Source: a bacterium (GTDB lineage: Bacteria > RBG-13-61-14 > DATKZS01). Taken from it: 11,541 nt of DNA. The DNA lies in NCBI GenBank assembly GCA_046484135.1, contig JAWOBU010000276.1, forward strand, positions 1 to 11,541, read 5' to 3'. A program made the translations under genes and the position numbers. Position 1 is the stretch's first letter; each line of letters starts with the position of its first letter. The notes under the pieces are model-generated. The model had not been told where the DNA came from, did no database searches, and was given only the letters and a program-made list of their open reading frames with translations. Below, piece after piece: positions 1 through 9,302 of this stretch.

Positions 1-194
1 CTCCCTTTATCGGCTGCCGGGTTACCCCGCCGTCCCGGCCTTGTATCCGGTTCCTGTTCGTCGGGTCTGCGTTTTGCCATCGGCTTCCTTCAGATTCCGC
101 CTCGCGGCGGAGACCCTTGCCTAGGCTGGCGGTTCCGCTCGTTACGGCCCGCAGGGTACTTCCACCCCCAACAAACGCGACATGCCTGGCACAC
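1..194 (-). mobile_element. Group II intron, class C (IIC), 5' end / domain I (partial; continues beyond the left edge)
   Basis: The minus strand from 194 reads GTGTGCCAGGCATG, matching the GUGYG 5' splice site. It is followed in order by GGGGGTGGAAGTACCC, AGCCTAGGCAAGGGT, a GNRA-capped hairpin TCCGCC-GCGA-GGCGGA (111..96), ATCTGAAGGAAGC, GGCAAA and GAACAGGAAC. This order matches my recollection of the Oceanobacillus iheyensis IIC intron domain I (GUGUGCCCGGCAUG...GCAAGGGU...GAAUCUGAAGGAAGC...GGCAAA). It lies immediately after an intrinsic terminator, the known IIC target. The RT ORF and domains V/VI are not in the window. Confidence 0.9.
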
Positions 195-195
195 G

Positions 196-224
196 AAAAA
201 GGGCCCGTCGAACGGGCCCTTTTT
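196..224 (-). terminator. Rho-independent terminator of fhs (potentially bidirectional); insertion target of the intron
   Basis: Minus strand AAAAA-GGGCCCGT-TCG-ACGGGCCC-TTTTT is a perfect inverted repeat with T5 tracts on both strands, starting 24 nt after the fhs stop codon. Confidence 0.9.
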
Positions 225-247
225 GAGAAAAACTTTATTCGAACTTT

Positions 248-2017
248 TTAGAACATTCCCTCGACCTTCCTGGTCTTGGGGTTCACCTTGATCTTGCGGT
301 AGGCCGCATCCGAGGCGGTGCCCGGCATGAGCTTGATGGTCCCCGCCATGGGCACCACGAATCCGGCGCCCTTGTAGGTCAGGATGTCGTGTACGTTGAG
401 GGTCCAGCCTTTGGGGGCGCCCACGATGCCGGGAACGTCGGTGGTCGAGAGGTGGGTCTTGACCATGCAGGTGCCGAGCTTCTTGATCTCGGGGTCCTTC
501 TCCATCCGGTCCAGCTTTTCCTGGGCTTTGGGAGTAAAGGAGACATCCTTGGCGCCGTACACTTCCTTGGCGATCTTCTGGATGCGCTGTCCCAGCGGCA
601 TGGTCTCGGGATAGAGGAACTTGAAGTTGGTCTTCTTGTTGGCCGCGTCTATGACTGCATCCGCGAACTCGAGGGCGCCGTCTCCGCCGTAGGCCCAGTG
701 CTGGGAGTAGGCGAAGTTGGCCTTGGCCTGTTCCGCCACTCTCTTTACTGCGTTTATTTCGCGCTTGGTGTCGTCTTTGAAGCCGTTCAGGCAGACAACG
801 GGGTTGATGCCGGCCTTGCGGATGGTCTTGATGTGATGGACCAGGTTCTCGCAGCCTTTCTCGACCAGGCTGACGTTCTCTTTTTCGTAGGCTTCGTCCA
901 GCTTTCTGCCGGGGACCACCTTGGGCCCGCCGCCGTGCATCTTGAGGGCGCGGATGGTGGCGACCAGGACCGCGCAATGGGGCTTGAGGCCGGAGAAGCG
1001 GCACTTCAGGTTCCAGAACTTCTCGAAGCCGATGTCGGCGCCGAATCCGGACTCGGTCACATGATAGTCGGCGAGCTTGAGACCGACGCGGTCGGCGACA
1101 ATCGAGCTCTGTCCGATGGCGATATTGGCGAAGGGTCCGGCGTGGACCATGACGGGCTGTCCTTCCACGGTCTGCATGAGGTTGGGGTTCAAGGCCCGGA
1201 GCATGAGCGCGCACATGGCGTTGCCCACTTCGAGGTCGCCGGTGGTGACGGGATCGCCGTTTTTGTTATAGGCGACCACGATGTTGTTCATGCGGTTGAT
1301 GAAGTCCTTAATGTCGTTGAAGACTGCCAGGATCGCCATGATTTCGGAGCTCACCGTAATGGCGAAGCCGGACTCCATCATGAAGCCGTCCATCTTGCCG
1401 CCCAGCCCGATGATGATATCGCGCAACGACTGGGCGCAGAAGTCAATGACCCAGTTCATCTGGACGTTGCGGGGGTCGATATTAAGCCTCTTTAAGTTTT
1501 TGCTCTTGAGCATCTTGTCGTCGTAGTTGAACTCGTGCTGGAGCCTCGAGGTCATGGCGACCATTGCCAGGTTATGGGCGTTGGTCACGCAGTCGAAGTC
1601 GCCGGTAAGGCCGAGAGAGAAATCGGTGAGGGGCACGCACTGGGACACGCCGCCGCCGGCCGCGCTTCCCTTGACGTTAAAGGTCGGGCCCATGGAGGGC
1701 TGACGGATGGCGCCGATGACCTTTTTGTTTCTTTTGCCGAGTCCCTCGACCAGTCCCATGGAAGAGGTCGTCTTTCCTTCGCCCAGGGGAGTCGGCGTGA
1801 TGGCAGTCACGTCGATGTACTTGGCGTTTTGTTTGTTTTTGAGACGCTTGGTGACCTTTTCATAGTCAATCTTGGCCTGGTAGCGTCCCATGGGGATGAG
1901 TTCGTCGTCCTTTAGTCCCAGCTCCTCGGCGAGCTGCTGGGGCGACTTCATGGTCTTCTCAGCTTCCGCTGCAACTTTCCAGTCAGGCATGTAGTTTTTC
2001 ATAAGATCAAATGACAT
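248..2017 (-). CDS. fhs: Formate--tetrahydrofolate ligase (FTHFS)
   Basis: 589 aa with FTHFS motifs [64 protein letters not shown] and CMVKTHLS; strong SD upstream. Confidence 0.97.
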   Translation of the reverse strand: MSFDLMKNYMPDWKVAAEAEKTMKSPQQLAEELGLKDDELIPMGRYQAKIDYEKVTKRLKNKQNAKYIDVTAITPTPLGEGKTTSSMGLVEGLGKRNKKVIGAIRQPSMGPTFNVKGSAAGGGVSQCVPLTDFSLGLTGDFDCVTNAHNLAMVAMTSRLQHEFNYDDKMLKSKNLKRLNIDPRNVQMNWVIDFCAQSLRDIIIGLGGKMDGFMMESGFAITVSSEIMAILAVFNDIKDFINRMNNIVVAYNKNGDPVTTGDLEVGNAMCALMLRALNPNLMQTVEGQPVMVHAGPFANIAIGQSSIVADRVGLKLADYHVTESGFGADIGFEKFWNLKCRFSGLKPHCAVLVATIRALKMHGGGPKVVPGRKLDEAYEKENVSLVEKGCENLVHHIKTIRKAGINPVVCLNGFKDDTKREINAVKRVAEQAKANFAYSQHWAYGGDGALEFADAVIDAANKKTNFKFLYPETMPLGQRIQKIAKEVYGAKDVSFTPKAQEKLDRMEKDPEIKKLGTCMVKTHLSTTDVPGIVGAPKGWTLNVHDILTYKGAGFVVPMAGTIKLMPGTASDAAYRKIKVNPKTRKVEGMF

Positions 2018-2025
2018 TTCCCGTT

Positions 2026-2033
2026 ACCTCCTT
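2026..2033 (-). promoter_or_regulatory. Shine-Dalgarno site of fhs
   Basis: AAGGAGGT, 8 nt upstream of the ATG at 2017. Confidence 0.85.
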
Positions 2034-2167
2034 TTGTCTTCACTTCAAATTTTCGCCTGCCTTCCCGGCACGGCATTCTGGTTTCAGAATAAGGGTTGAA
2101 AGATCACGGTCCCCTTAGGTAGGTTAAAAGCAACTTACCAGGACCGCCCACTGCACACGAAGTTATT

Positions 2168-2196
2168 TTTTTATCACATCTTGCCTTTTGAAGCAA
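2168..2196 (-). promoter_or_regulatory. Candidate sigma70-type promoter for fhs
   Basis: TTGCTT (2196..2191), a 17-nt spacer ending TGA (extended -10 TGn), then TAAAAA (2173..2168), in an AT-rich patch of the intergenic region. Consensus match only. Confidence 0.4.
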
Positions 2197-2233
2197 GCCC
2201 GAATCTGTGATTGGTGCTGACAGGCCAAAAAGT

Positions 2234-2710
2234 TCAGACCCGGTACACCTTGCCCAGGTCTTCGATGGTAAGCACCGGTCCCGGCTTCACCAGTTCCGCT
2301 TGCCGGACCTCGCCCACAAAAAGGGTGTGCTCGCCGCCCGGCTCGAACTCCCCGGTCAGCTTGCACTCGACCCACCCCAGGCAATCGGAAAGAACCGGCG
2401 AGCCCAGGGAGGCCCGCCGCCAGGTCAGGCCTTCAAACTTCGAGGAGGTGTCGCCCTTCTTCTTAAACCGTTCCACCAGCTCCTTCTGCTCCTTTCGCAA
2501 AAACACCACCGCAAAGGCCTTCGCGTCCTTTACCATTGCGTGTGTCCTGCGCTCGTGCTTTACGCCGCACGCCACCAGCGGAGGAGTAAATCCCGCCTGC
2601 ATGAACAAAGAAAGCGGCATGCCGTTAACCTCTTCCCCCGCCGAGACCGTCATCAGGTAGCACCCGTAGGGCGCGTAACCCAGAACCTCCATAGCATCCT
2701 TGCTTTCCAT
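2234..2710 (-). CDS. Flavin reductase-like (FMN-binding split barrel) family protein
   Basis: 158 aa from the ATG at 2710 (MESKDAMEVL...), preceded by GGAGGGAG. Shows the family pattern PYGCYLMT...NGM...PPLV...FAV...KFEGL...GSPVL...WVECK...GEHTLFVGEV. The 2848 start in the ORF track overlaps the upstream gene and is less likely. Confidence 0.85.
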   Translation of the reverse strand: MESKDAMEVLGYAPYGCYLMTVSAGEEVNGMPLSLFMQAGFTPPLVACGVKHERRTHAMVKDAKAFAVVFLRKEQKELVERFKKKGDTSSKFEGLTWRRASLGSPVLSDCLGWVECKLTGEFEPGGEHTLFVGEVRQAELVKPGPVLTIEDLGKVYRV

Positions 2711-2772
2711 CTTCTCCCTCCATTCGTTCCATGTCTTGTTTATAATCTCTGCCCGCGGCCCGCCCCGGACCA

Positions 2773-4761
2773 TCAGCGGAAGTAGGTCTCGAGCTTCTTC
2801 TTTGCCGGGGGATAACCCGGTCGGACCTCGAGCGCACGGGTCCACCACTTCCGGGCCTCTTCATGGTTTCCGGCCAGGCGGTGGCATGAACCCAGGTAGA
2901 CCATGAGCTCCGCGTTTCTCGGGTCTATCTGCAGGGCCTTCCGAGTGTAATAAAAAGCCCGGTCCAGGTCCCGAAGCTCCGGCCGCCGGTGATAAAGATA
3001 CCCCAGCCTGCCGAGTGCCCAGAACCGGCCGGACTCCTTTTTCACCGCCTTCTCGTATACTCGCAGTGCGGCTTTCTCTCCGCCCAGCCTCTCCAGCCTC
3101 TTGCCGATGCGGACCAGCTCGGAGGCGCTGGTGTCCGGCTTTCCCGCGAGCTCGACAAGCCGGCGGATATCGTCTTTGTGGACCAGGGCCAGGGCCTTCC
3201 TGCGGCTTCTCCGGATGTCCCGGTCTTCGGGCACGGTCCGCAGGGCCTTGTCGAACCACTCCAGTGCTTTCTCCGGCCGGCCCGCTTCCAGGTATACGTT
3301 GCCTATGTTATAGCGGCAGAAGGGGCGCGGCCACTTAGACTCTCTCACCGGCAGAAAAGAAACCAGGCAGGCGGCGCCCAGGAACACCGCGGCCGCCGTG
3401 ATCTTGCGCCATTGTTTGTCAACAATCTTTTCTTTTGCCCAGAACAGGAACACTCCCGCGAACACCGCTATTGCGGGCAAGGCAGCGAGCCGGTAGCGGG
3501 AAAGAACGAAAAAGGGGACCAGCGACGCCGGATACGCCACCGCGAAAATCGCGGCGTACCAGGACGACCTGCTCCGGCGGGACGCGATCATCCCGATAAG
3601 AGCGGCCCCCCACAAGACCCCGAATCCCAAAACCGGCACCCATAAAGCGGGCACGAAATGATCGCGCACTAGATAGAAGCTGTAGTTGTCCGGGACCTCG
3701 TAGTTGTGGACCACAAGTCTGGCCTTGTGCAGCCAGAGCCGGAGCGCCCGGCCGGGGTTTTCTTTTATCCAGGACAATCCTTCCTTGAACCAGAACATGG
3801 AGACCTCGGAGGGGGCAAGGTCTTCGCCGGTGCGCCTTTCCGCTTCCGTGGCGAAGTCTTTCGCCTCGTGCCTCGGGTCGGGCCTGACAAAAGGAAGGTC
3901 CACGTAAAGCCCGTCCGCGTGCTCGTTGTTGCCGATGTAGAAGTTTGCTCCCCCTTGACTGGTGGTCAGCACGAACTCGCCGGAGACCGCGTAGTTCCGG
4001 GCTCCCACCGGAACCAGCACAAGCATGATTCCCCCGATCACAAGAGCTGCCTGCAAAAACCGCCTATTCCTGTTCTCGCCTTTCCCTGCCAGAAAAGCCG
4101 CAACCACGAACAGGGGAAGAAGAAGCAGAAAGTTCCCCCGCAACAGGCAAAGCAGGCCCGCTCCTGCTCCCGCCGCCGGCCATCTCCAGCGGGAAGTCGG
4201 CTTGTTTACTGCAGCCACGCCCGCGGCCAGGACCAGCGAAGACAGGAACACGAGCAGGCCCGACTTTAAAAGCAAAAGCTCGAAAAAGTAAAAGGTGCCG
4301 GTGAAGGCCATGAGAAGGGCAGCGGCAATACCCGCCAGGTCGCCGGCGATCTTCCTGCCGCTGTAAAAAACCAGGGCCACGCTCACGGTGCCCAGAATTA
4401 CGTGGATCAGCCGGACCGCGAACCAGCTTAAACAGGCGTCCCCCAGCGCGGGTATGCCGAAGACGCGAAAGATCAAAGCCAGGAAGTAAGGGTAGAGCGG
4501 GTCCTGGTAAAACACGCGGTCGCCGAGAACGTCTCCTCTTGCTATCTCTATGGCCCACCTTACATAGGAAGCCTCGTCCAGCACGGGCCGGCTGAAAAAA
4601 GGCGTGTCGCGAAACTGGAGTAGACAGACCATTCCCAGGCCGAAAGAAAAGAGCAGTATGAGAGCCAGGACGAGCCGGACGGCAAAACTCTTTTCACGGT
4701 TTTTCTGCTTCCCTTTGTGTTTCGGTGTTCCCGACCGTTCTTTTTTCTTGGGAGGGCTCAT
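2773..4761 (-). CDS. GT-C-like (ArnT/PMT-type) integral membrane glycosyltransferase with C-terminal TPR repeats (copy 2)
   Basis: 662 aa. Lys-rich N-terminus, first TM helix followed by LDEASY and FYQDPLYPYFLA, many hydrophobic segments, a GGANFYIGNN loop and SRYRL. C-terminal TPR-like helices include YNIGNVYLEAGRPEKALEWFDKAL and YLGSCHRLAGNHEEARKWWTRALEVRP. Confidence 0.78.
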   Translation of the reverse strand: MSPPKKKERSGTPKHKGKQKNREKSFAVRLVLALILLFSFGLGMVCLLQFRDTPFFSRPVLDEASYVRWAIEIARGDVLGDRVFYQDPLYPYFLALIFRVFGIPALGDACLSWFAVRLIHVILGTVSVALVFYSGRKIAGDLAGIAAALLMAFTGTFYFFELLLLKSGLLVFLSSLVLAAGVAAVNKPTSRWRWPAAGAGAGLLCLLRGNFLLLLPLFVVAAFLAGKGENRNRRFLQAALVIGGIMLVLVPVGARNYAVSGEFVLTTSQGGANFYIGNNEHADGLYVDLPFVRPDPRHEAKDFATEAERRTGEDLAPSEVSMFWFKEGLSWIKENPGRALRLWLHKARLVVHNYEVPDNYSFYLVRDHFVPALWVPVLGFGVLWGAALIGMIASRRSRSSWYAAIFAVAYPASLVPFFVLSRYRLAALPAIAVFAGVFLFWAKEKIVDKQWRKITAAAVFLGAACLVSFLPVRESKWPRPFCRYNIGNVYLEAGRPEKALEWFDKALRTVPEDRDIRRSRRKALALVHKDDIRRLVELAGKPDTSASELVRIGKRLERLGGEKAALRVYEKAVKKESGRFWALGRLGYLYHRRPELRDLDRAFYYTRKALQIDPRNAELMVYLGSCHRLAGNHEEARKWWTRALEVRPGYPPAKKKLETYFR
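4478..4512. repeat. 35-bp exact direct repeat, copy A (inside glycosyltransferase copy 2)
   Basis: gccaggaagtaagggtagagcgggtcctggtaaaa, identical to 6418..6452; encodes the FYQDPLYPYFLA motif. Confidence 0.9.
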
Positions 4762-6680
4762 CTTGGTCTCTTGTTTTCGAGCACTTCGAGGTTTTGCCTT
4801 GCGTCTTGATTATCAGGGTCTATGGCAAGCGCCTTCCTCCACCATTCTCTGGCGAGCTCCGGGTTATCGAGCTCGTAATGGCAGTTCCCTATCATGACCA
4901 TGAGCGCGGAGTCCGACGGCTTCTGCTCCAGCGCCTTTTTCAAGTGATAGAGTGACTCTTTATATTCTCCCATCTCGGGGCCGTACAGCTTTGCCAGGTG
5001 GAGCCGTACTTTGTAGAGCTCCGGGTTCAGCATCAGAGCTTTTTCATAGAGGAGAGCGGCGATCCGCTTTTTGTCCCGGCTTTGCCACTTCCCGGCCAGC
5101 TCCAGGATCATTGGCGGCTCTGGCGGCAGAAGGTCTATAGCGATGCGGAGGTTCTTTTGCACGCTTTTTTTGCCGGGCTTCATCTCCAGTGCTTTGACAA
5201 AGTAGGGTATGGACTTGACAGGATGCGCAGACCTTACATGGGCGATTCCCATGATGTTGTATGCCTGGAACTCGTTTTCTTTTTCTACGGGCCAGTACGC
5301 CGCGACCAGCACCAGCGCGGCCGCGGCCAGGGAAGCGATGATCTTGAGTGCCGATTTCTCGCGTGCTTTCCGCCCGAGCCACACCAGGTATCCTCCGGCC
5401 AGCACGGCCAGGGCAGGAGTGAGCGCGAGTCGGTAGCGGGAGAGCACGTAGAACATGGCCGCGGTCAGGAGGTACACCATCAGCAAAAGAGCGACGAACA
5501 GCCAGCGCCGGTCCGAGAATCCGACCGCGATGAATCCCGCCAGAGCGGGCGCCCACAACATGCCCAGGCTCAAAAAGCATATCCACAAGCTTGGCACCAA
5601 GTTCTCGCGGACAAGATAAAAGCTCTGGTTGTCCGGTATCTCGTAACGGTGGACCATTAAAAGGAGTTTATAGCCGTACAGCTCCAAAGCCCGGCCGGGG
5701 TTTTGGGCCATCCAATCCATTCCTTCTCGGAGCCAGTAGCGGGAGACCTCGGAAGGGGTGAGGTCCTCGCCCTTTCTTTCCGCCGCTTCCTTCTTGAAGT
5801 CGCGGGCCTCGTAGCGCGGATGGGCGCTCTCCTGGAAGGGGAGCTTTACATAGGCCCCGTCCGCAATGGGGTTATTACCGATGTAGAAGTTGGGACCGGC
5901 CTGGCTGGTGGTTATAACCAAGTCTCCTTTCCGGAGGTTATGAACGGTTGCGGGCGAGACCGCGAGCGCGGCGCCGGCAATGATCAGCGCGGCCCGGACC
6001 AGTCCCTTTTTCCAGTCCCTCCACAGGAGAAACACCGCCCAGGCCATGGCAAAAGGAACGAAAGCCAGGAAGTTTCCCCGAAGCAGGGCAGCGGTGCCTA
6101 TAAGGACCCCAAGAAGGAGCCACCTTGGTTTTCGATACGCAGAAGAAGCGCACGCTACTCCTGCGGCCAGGACCCCGGCCGAGGCCAGGGTTGCCAGGCA
6201 CGTTTTCAAAAGCAGAAGCTCGTAAAAGTACAGGCCCTGGTAAAGCGAGAACAGGAGCAGGGCGGCGGCTGCCGCGGCCGGGCCGGCCAGCTTGCGGGCT
6301 GCGTAGAACACGAGCGCTGCCGCGCCGGTTCCCATGAGCACCTGCAGTATCCGGATTACGAGCCAGGCCGGGTGGTCCATGCCCGTTTCGGGCACGCCGG
6401 TGATCTTGAACACCAGGGCCAGGAAGTAAGGGTAGAGCGGGTCCTGGTAAAAGACTCCGACAGGTTTTCCCTCCACGATCTTTTTTGCCCAGTTTACGTA
6501 GCTTTCTTCATCGGTAAAGGGGACCGTAAAAAGTGGGGTGTCCATGTACTGGACGAGGTTTGCGACGCCGAGTGACAAAGAGAACAGGAGAGCCGCTGTA
6601 AGTACGGCCCATTCCCAGCGCCTCATTCCTGCTGCGGTTACTTCAACGGGTTTTGTGGTATCCCCGGTTTTTTCATTCAT
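4758..6680 (-). CDS. GT-C-like (ArnT/PMT-type) integral membrane glycosyltransferase with C-terminal TPR repeats (copy 1)
   Basis: 640 aa paralog of 2773..4761, sharing TDEESY, FYQDPLYPYFLA, ELLLLK, LLRGNFL, TTSQAGPNFYIGNN, PSEVS, YEIPDNQSFYLVR and LSRYRL. Has C-terminal TPR-like helices (IGNCHYELDNPELAREWWRKALAIDP). Its stop overlaps the next start as ATGA at 4761..4758. Confidence 0.78.
   Translation of the reverse strand: MNEKTGDTTKPVEVTAAGMRRWEWAVLTAALLFSLSLGVANLVQYMDTPLFTVPFTDEESYVNWAKKIVEGKPVGVFYQDPLYPYFLALVFKITGVPETGMDHPAWLVIRILQVLMGTGAAALVFYAARKLAGPAAAAAALLLFSLYQGLYFYELLLLKTCLATLASAGVLAAGVACASSAYRKPRWLLLGVLIGTAALLRGNFLAFVPFAMAWAVFLLWRDWKKGLVRAALIIAGAALAVSPATVHNLRKGDLVITTSQAGPNFYIGNNPIADGAYVKLPFQESAHPRYEARDFKKEAAERKGEDLTPSEVSRYWLREGMDWMAQNPGRALELYGYKLLLMVHRYEIPDNQSFYLVRENLVPSLWICFLSLGMLWAPALAGFIAVGFSDRRWLFVALLLMVYLLTAAMFYVLSRYRLALTPALAVLAGGYLVWLGRKAREKSALKIIASLAAAALVLVAAYWPVEKENEFQAYNIMGIAHVRSAHPVKSIPYFVKALEMKPGKKSVQKNLRIAIDLLPPEPPMILELAGKWQSRDKKRIAALLYEKALMLNPELYKVRLHLAKLYGPEMGEYKESLYHLKKALEQKPSDSALMVMIGNCHYELDNPELAREWWRKALAIDPDNQDARQNLEVLENKRPR
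6418..6452. repeat. 35-bp exact direct repeat, copy B (inside glycosyltransferase copy 1)
   Basis: Identical to 4478..4512, offset 1940 bp. Confidence 0.9.
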
Positions 6681-6720
6681 TTTTATTATCCATGAGCTCC
6701 ATTATTTCCGAGACCATGGT

Positions 6721-7326
6721 TTATGGTGCGGCCTTGAAGAAGGGGTTGGTCCGTCGCTCCTGCCCCAGAGTGGTTGCCGGACCGTGTCCGGGCAGCACGT
6801 CCAGATCGTCCGGCAGGTGGGCGATCCTCTGGTTCAATGATTTCACCATCTCCCGGAAGCTGCCGCCTTTCAGGTCCATCCTTCCCACCCCTCCTTTAAA
6901 CAGGAGGTCTCCGGAGAACAGCACGTTTTCTCCCAGCAGGCAGATGCTCCCCGGCGAGTGGCCCGGCGTATGGATGACGCGGAAGAGGAGTGCTCCCGCC
7001 TTAAGTTCGTCTCCGTCTTCCAGGTCCATCACCTTCCTGCCGTCCGCGGGTGGGCTCCGCAGTCCTGCGCCGATACGGGGCTCGGCTGGATGACGATAGA
7101 GGGGGGCCCCGGTCATCCTTTGCAGCTTACCGGTGCCGGAGCGGTGGTCCCAGTGACTGTGGGTCTGGACAATGGCTTTTAAAAGGACCTCTTTTTCCAG
7201 GATGTTCCGACGGACCTTTGTGGCGCCGAAGCCCGGGTCCAGCACCATTCCTTCGCCGGAGACCTCGTCCCATACCAGGTAGCAGTTGCTCTGCAGCGGC
7301 GTCATTATGTGCTTTTTTATTTTCAT
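6721..7326 (-). CDS. MBL-fold metallo-hydrolase (glyoxalase II / YcbL-like)
   Basis: 201 aa from the ATG at 7326 (MKIKKHIMTPLQSNCYLV). Motifs: LDPG, THSHWDH (HxHxDH), HTPGHSPG, FSGDLLF, GRMDL, LPGHG, ERRTNPF. The 7401 start in the ORF track lies inside the atp terminator, so it was not used. Confidence 0.9.
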   Translation of the reverse strand: MKIKKHIMTPLQSNCYLVWDEVSGEGMVLDPGFGATKVRRNILEKEVLLKAIVQTHSHWDHRSGTGKLQRMTGAPLYRHPAEPRIGAGLRSPPADGRKVMDLEDGDELKAGALLFRVIHTPGHSPGSICLLGENVLFSGDLLFKGGVGRMDLKGGSFREMVKSLNQRIAHLPDDLDVLPGHGPATTLGQERRTNPFFKAAP

Positions 7327-7381
7327 AGGTCCCTTTTTACCATTGACTCCGTTCCAAGTCCAAAGATTTTGCAAAGGACGT

Positions 7382-7415
7382 AAAAAAGCGCAGACGGTCA
7401 ATTGCCTGCGCTTTT
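7382..7415 (-). terminator. Rho-independent terminator of the atp operon
   Basis: Minus strand AAAA-GCGCAGGC-AATTGACC-GTCTGCGC-TTTTTT: an 8-bp stem with one G-U pair plus a U6 tract, about 40 nt after the atpC stop. Confidence 0.85.
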
Positions 7416-7454
7416 ATATAAAGGATCCGGGGGACGGCGGATCGAATGACTTTA

Positions 7455-7868
7455 CTATCTTTTGGCGGCCACGTCCAGTCTTACCAGCGCCCTGCGGAGC
7501 GCGGCGTTGGCCCTGGTAATATCAATGCCTTTTCCGGAAGGGTCGGTCTCCTCCAGTCTTTTTCGCGCCCTTTCTTTGCATGATTCGGCCCGCTCGGTAT
7601 CAATTTCCTCGGCGAACTCCGCGCTCTCCGCCATGATCCTGACGCCTTCATCCAGGGTGACCTCGGCAAAGCCTCCGGTAACGGCGACATGCTTTACTTC
7701 GCCTTTTTCCTTATAAGTGAGCTCGCCTATGTCCAGGAGAGTGATGTAGTTGGCGTGTCCGGGTAAAACCTCGAACTCTCCTTTTGCGGCCCTTGCTTTC
7801 ACCTCGTCCACCTCGGTGGAGATGAGCCTCCGTTCCGGAGTAACCAGGTCCATGTGAATGGTGGCCAT
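7455..7868 (-). CDS. atpC: F1Fo ATP synthase epsilon subunit
   Basis: 137 aa with LVTPER, GEFEVLPGH, VTGGFAEV, AEFAEEID and C-terminal ALRRALVRL; follows atpD. Confidence 0.96.
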   Translation of the reverse strand: MATIHMDLVTPERRLISTEVDEVKARAAKGEFEVLPGHANYITLLDIGELTYKEKGEVKHVAVTGGFAEVTLDEGVRIMAESAEFAEEIDTERAESCKERARKRLEETDPSGKGIDITRANAALRRALVRLDVAAKR

Positions 7869-7886
7869 TTTTCCTTACCTCTCCTG

Positions 7887-9302
<1,416 letters not shown>

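Noticed and set aside
90..1214. 374-aa Arg/Pro-rich minus-strand ORF overlapping fhs and running into the intron
   Set aside because: It is an alternative frame of fhs that reads through the terminator, has a low-complexity composition, and lacks RT motifs, so it is not the intron-encoded protein.
389..1915. Plus-strand ORFs (368 aa, 126 aa and shorter) antisense to fhs
   Set aside because: Shadow ORFs of a well-supported gene with no domain signatures.
2034..2165. Calling the fhs leader a ZTP or THF riboswitch
   Set aside because: The conserved cores of those classes (e.g. ZTP GACUGGCG and CGCCUGGGC) are not present; kept only as an unassigned structured leader.
2861..6840. Multiple short overlapping ORFs within the glycosyltransferase genes
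   Set aside because: Alternative-frame or antisense ORFs typical of GC-rich sequence; no independent evidence.
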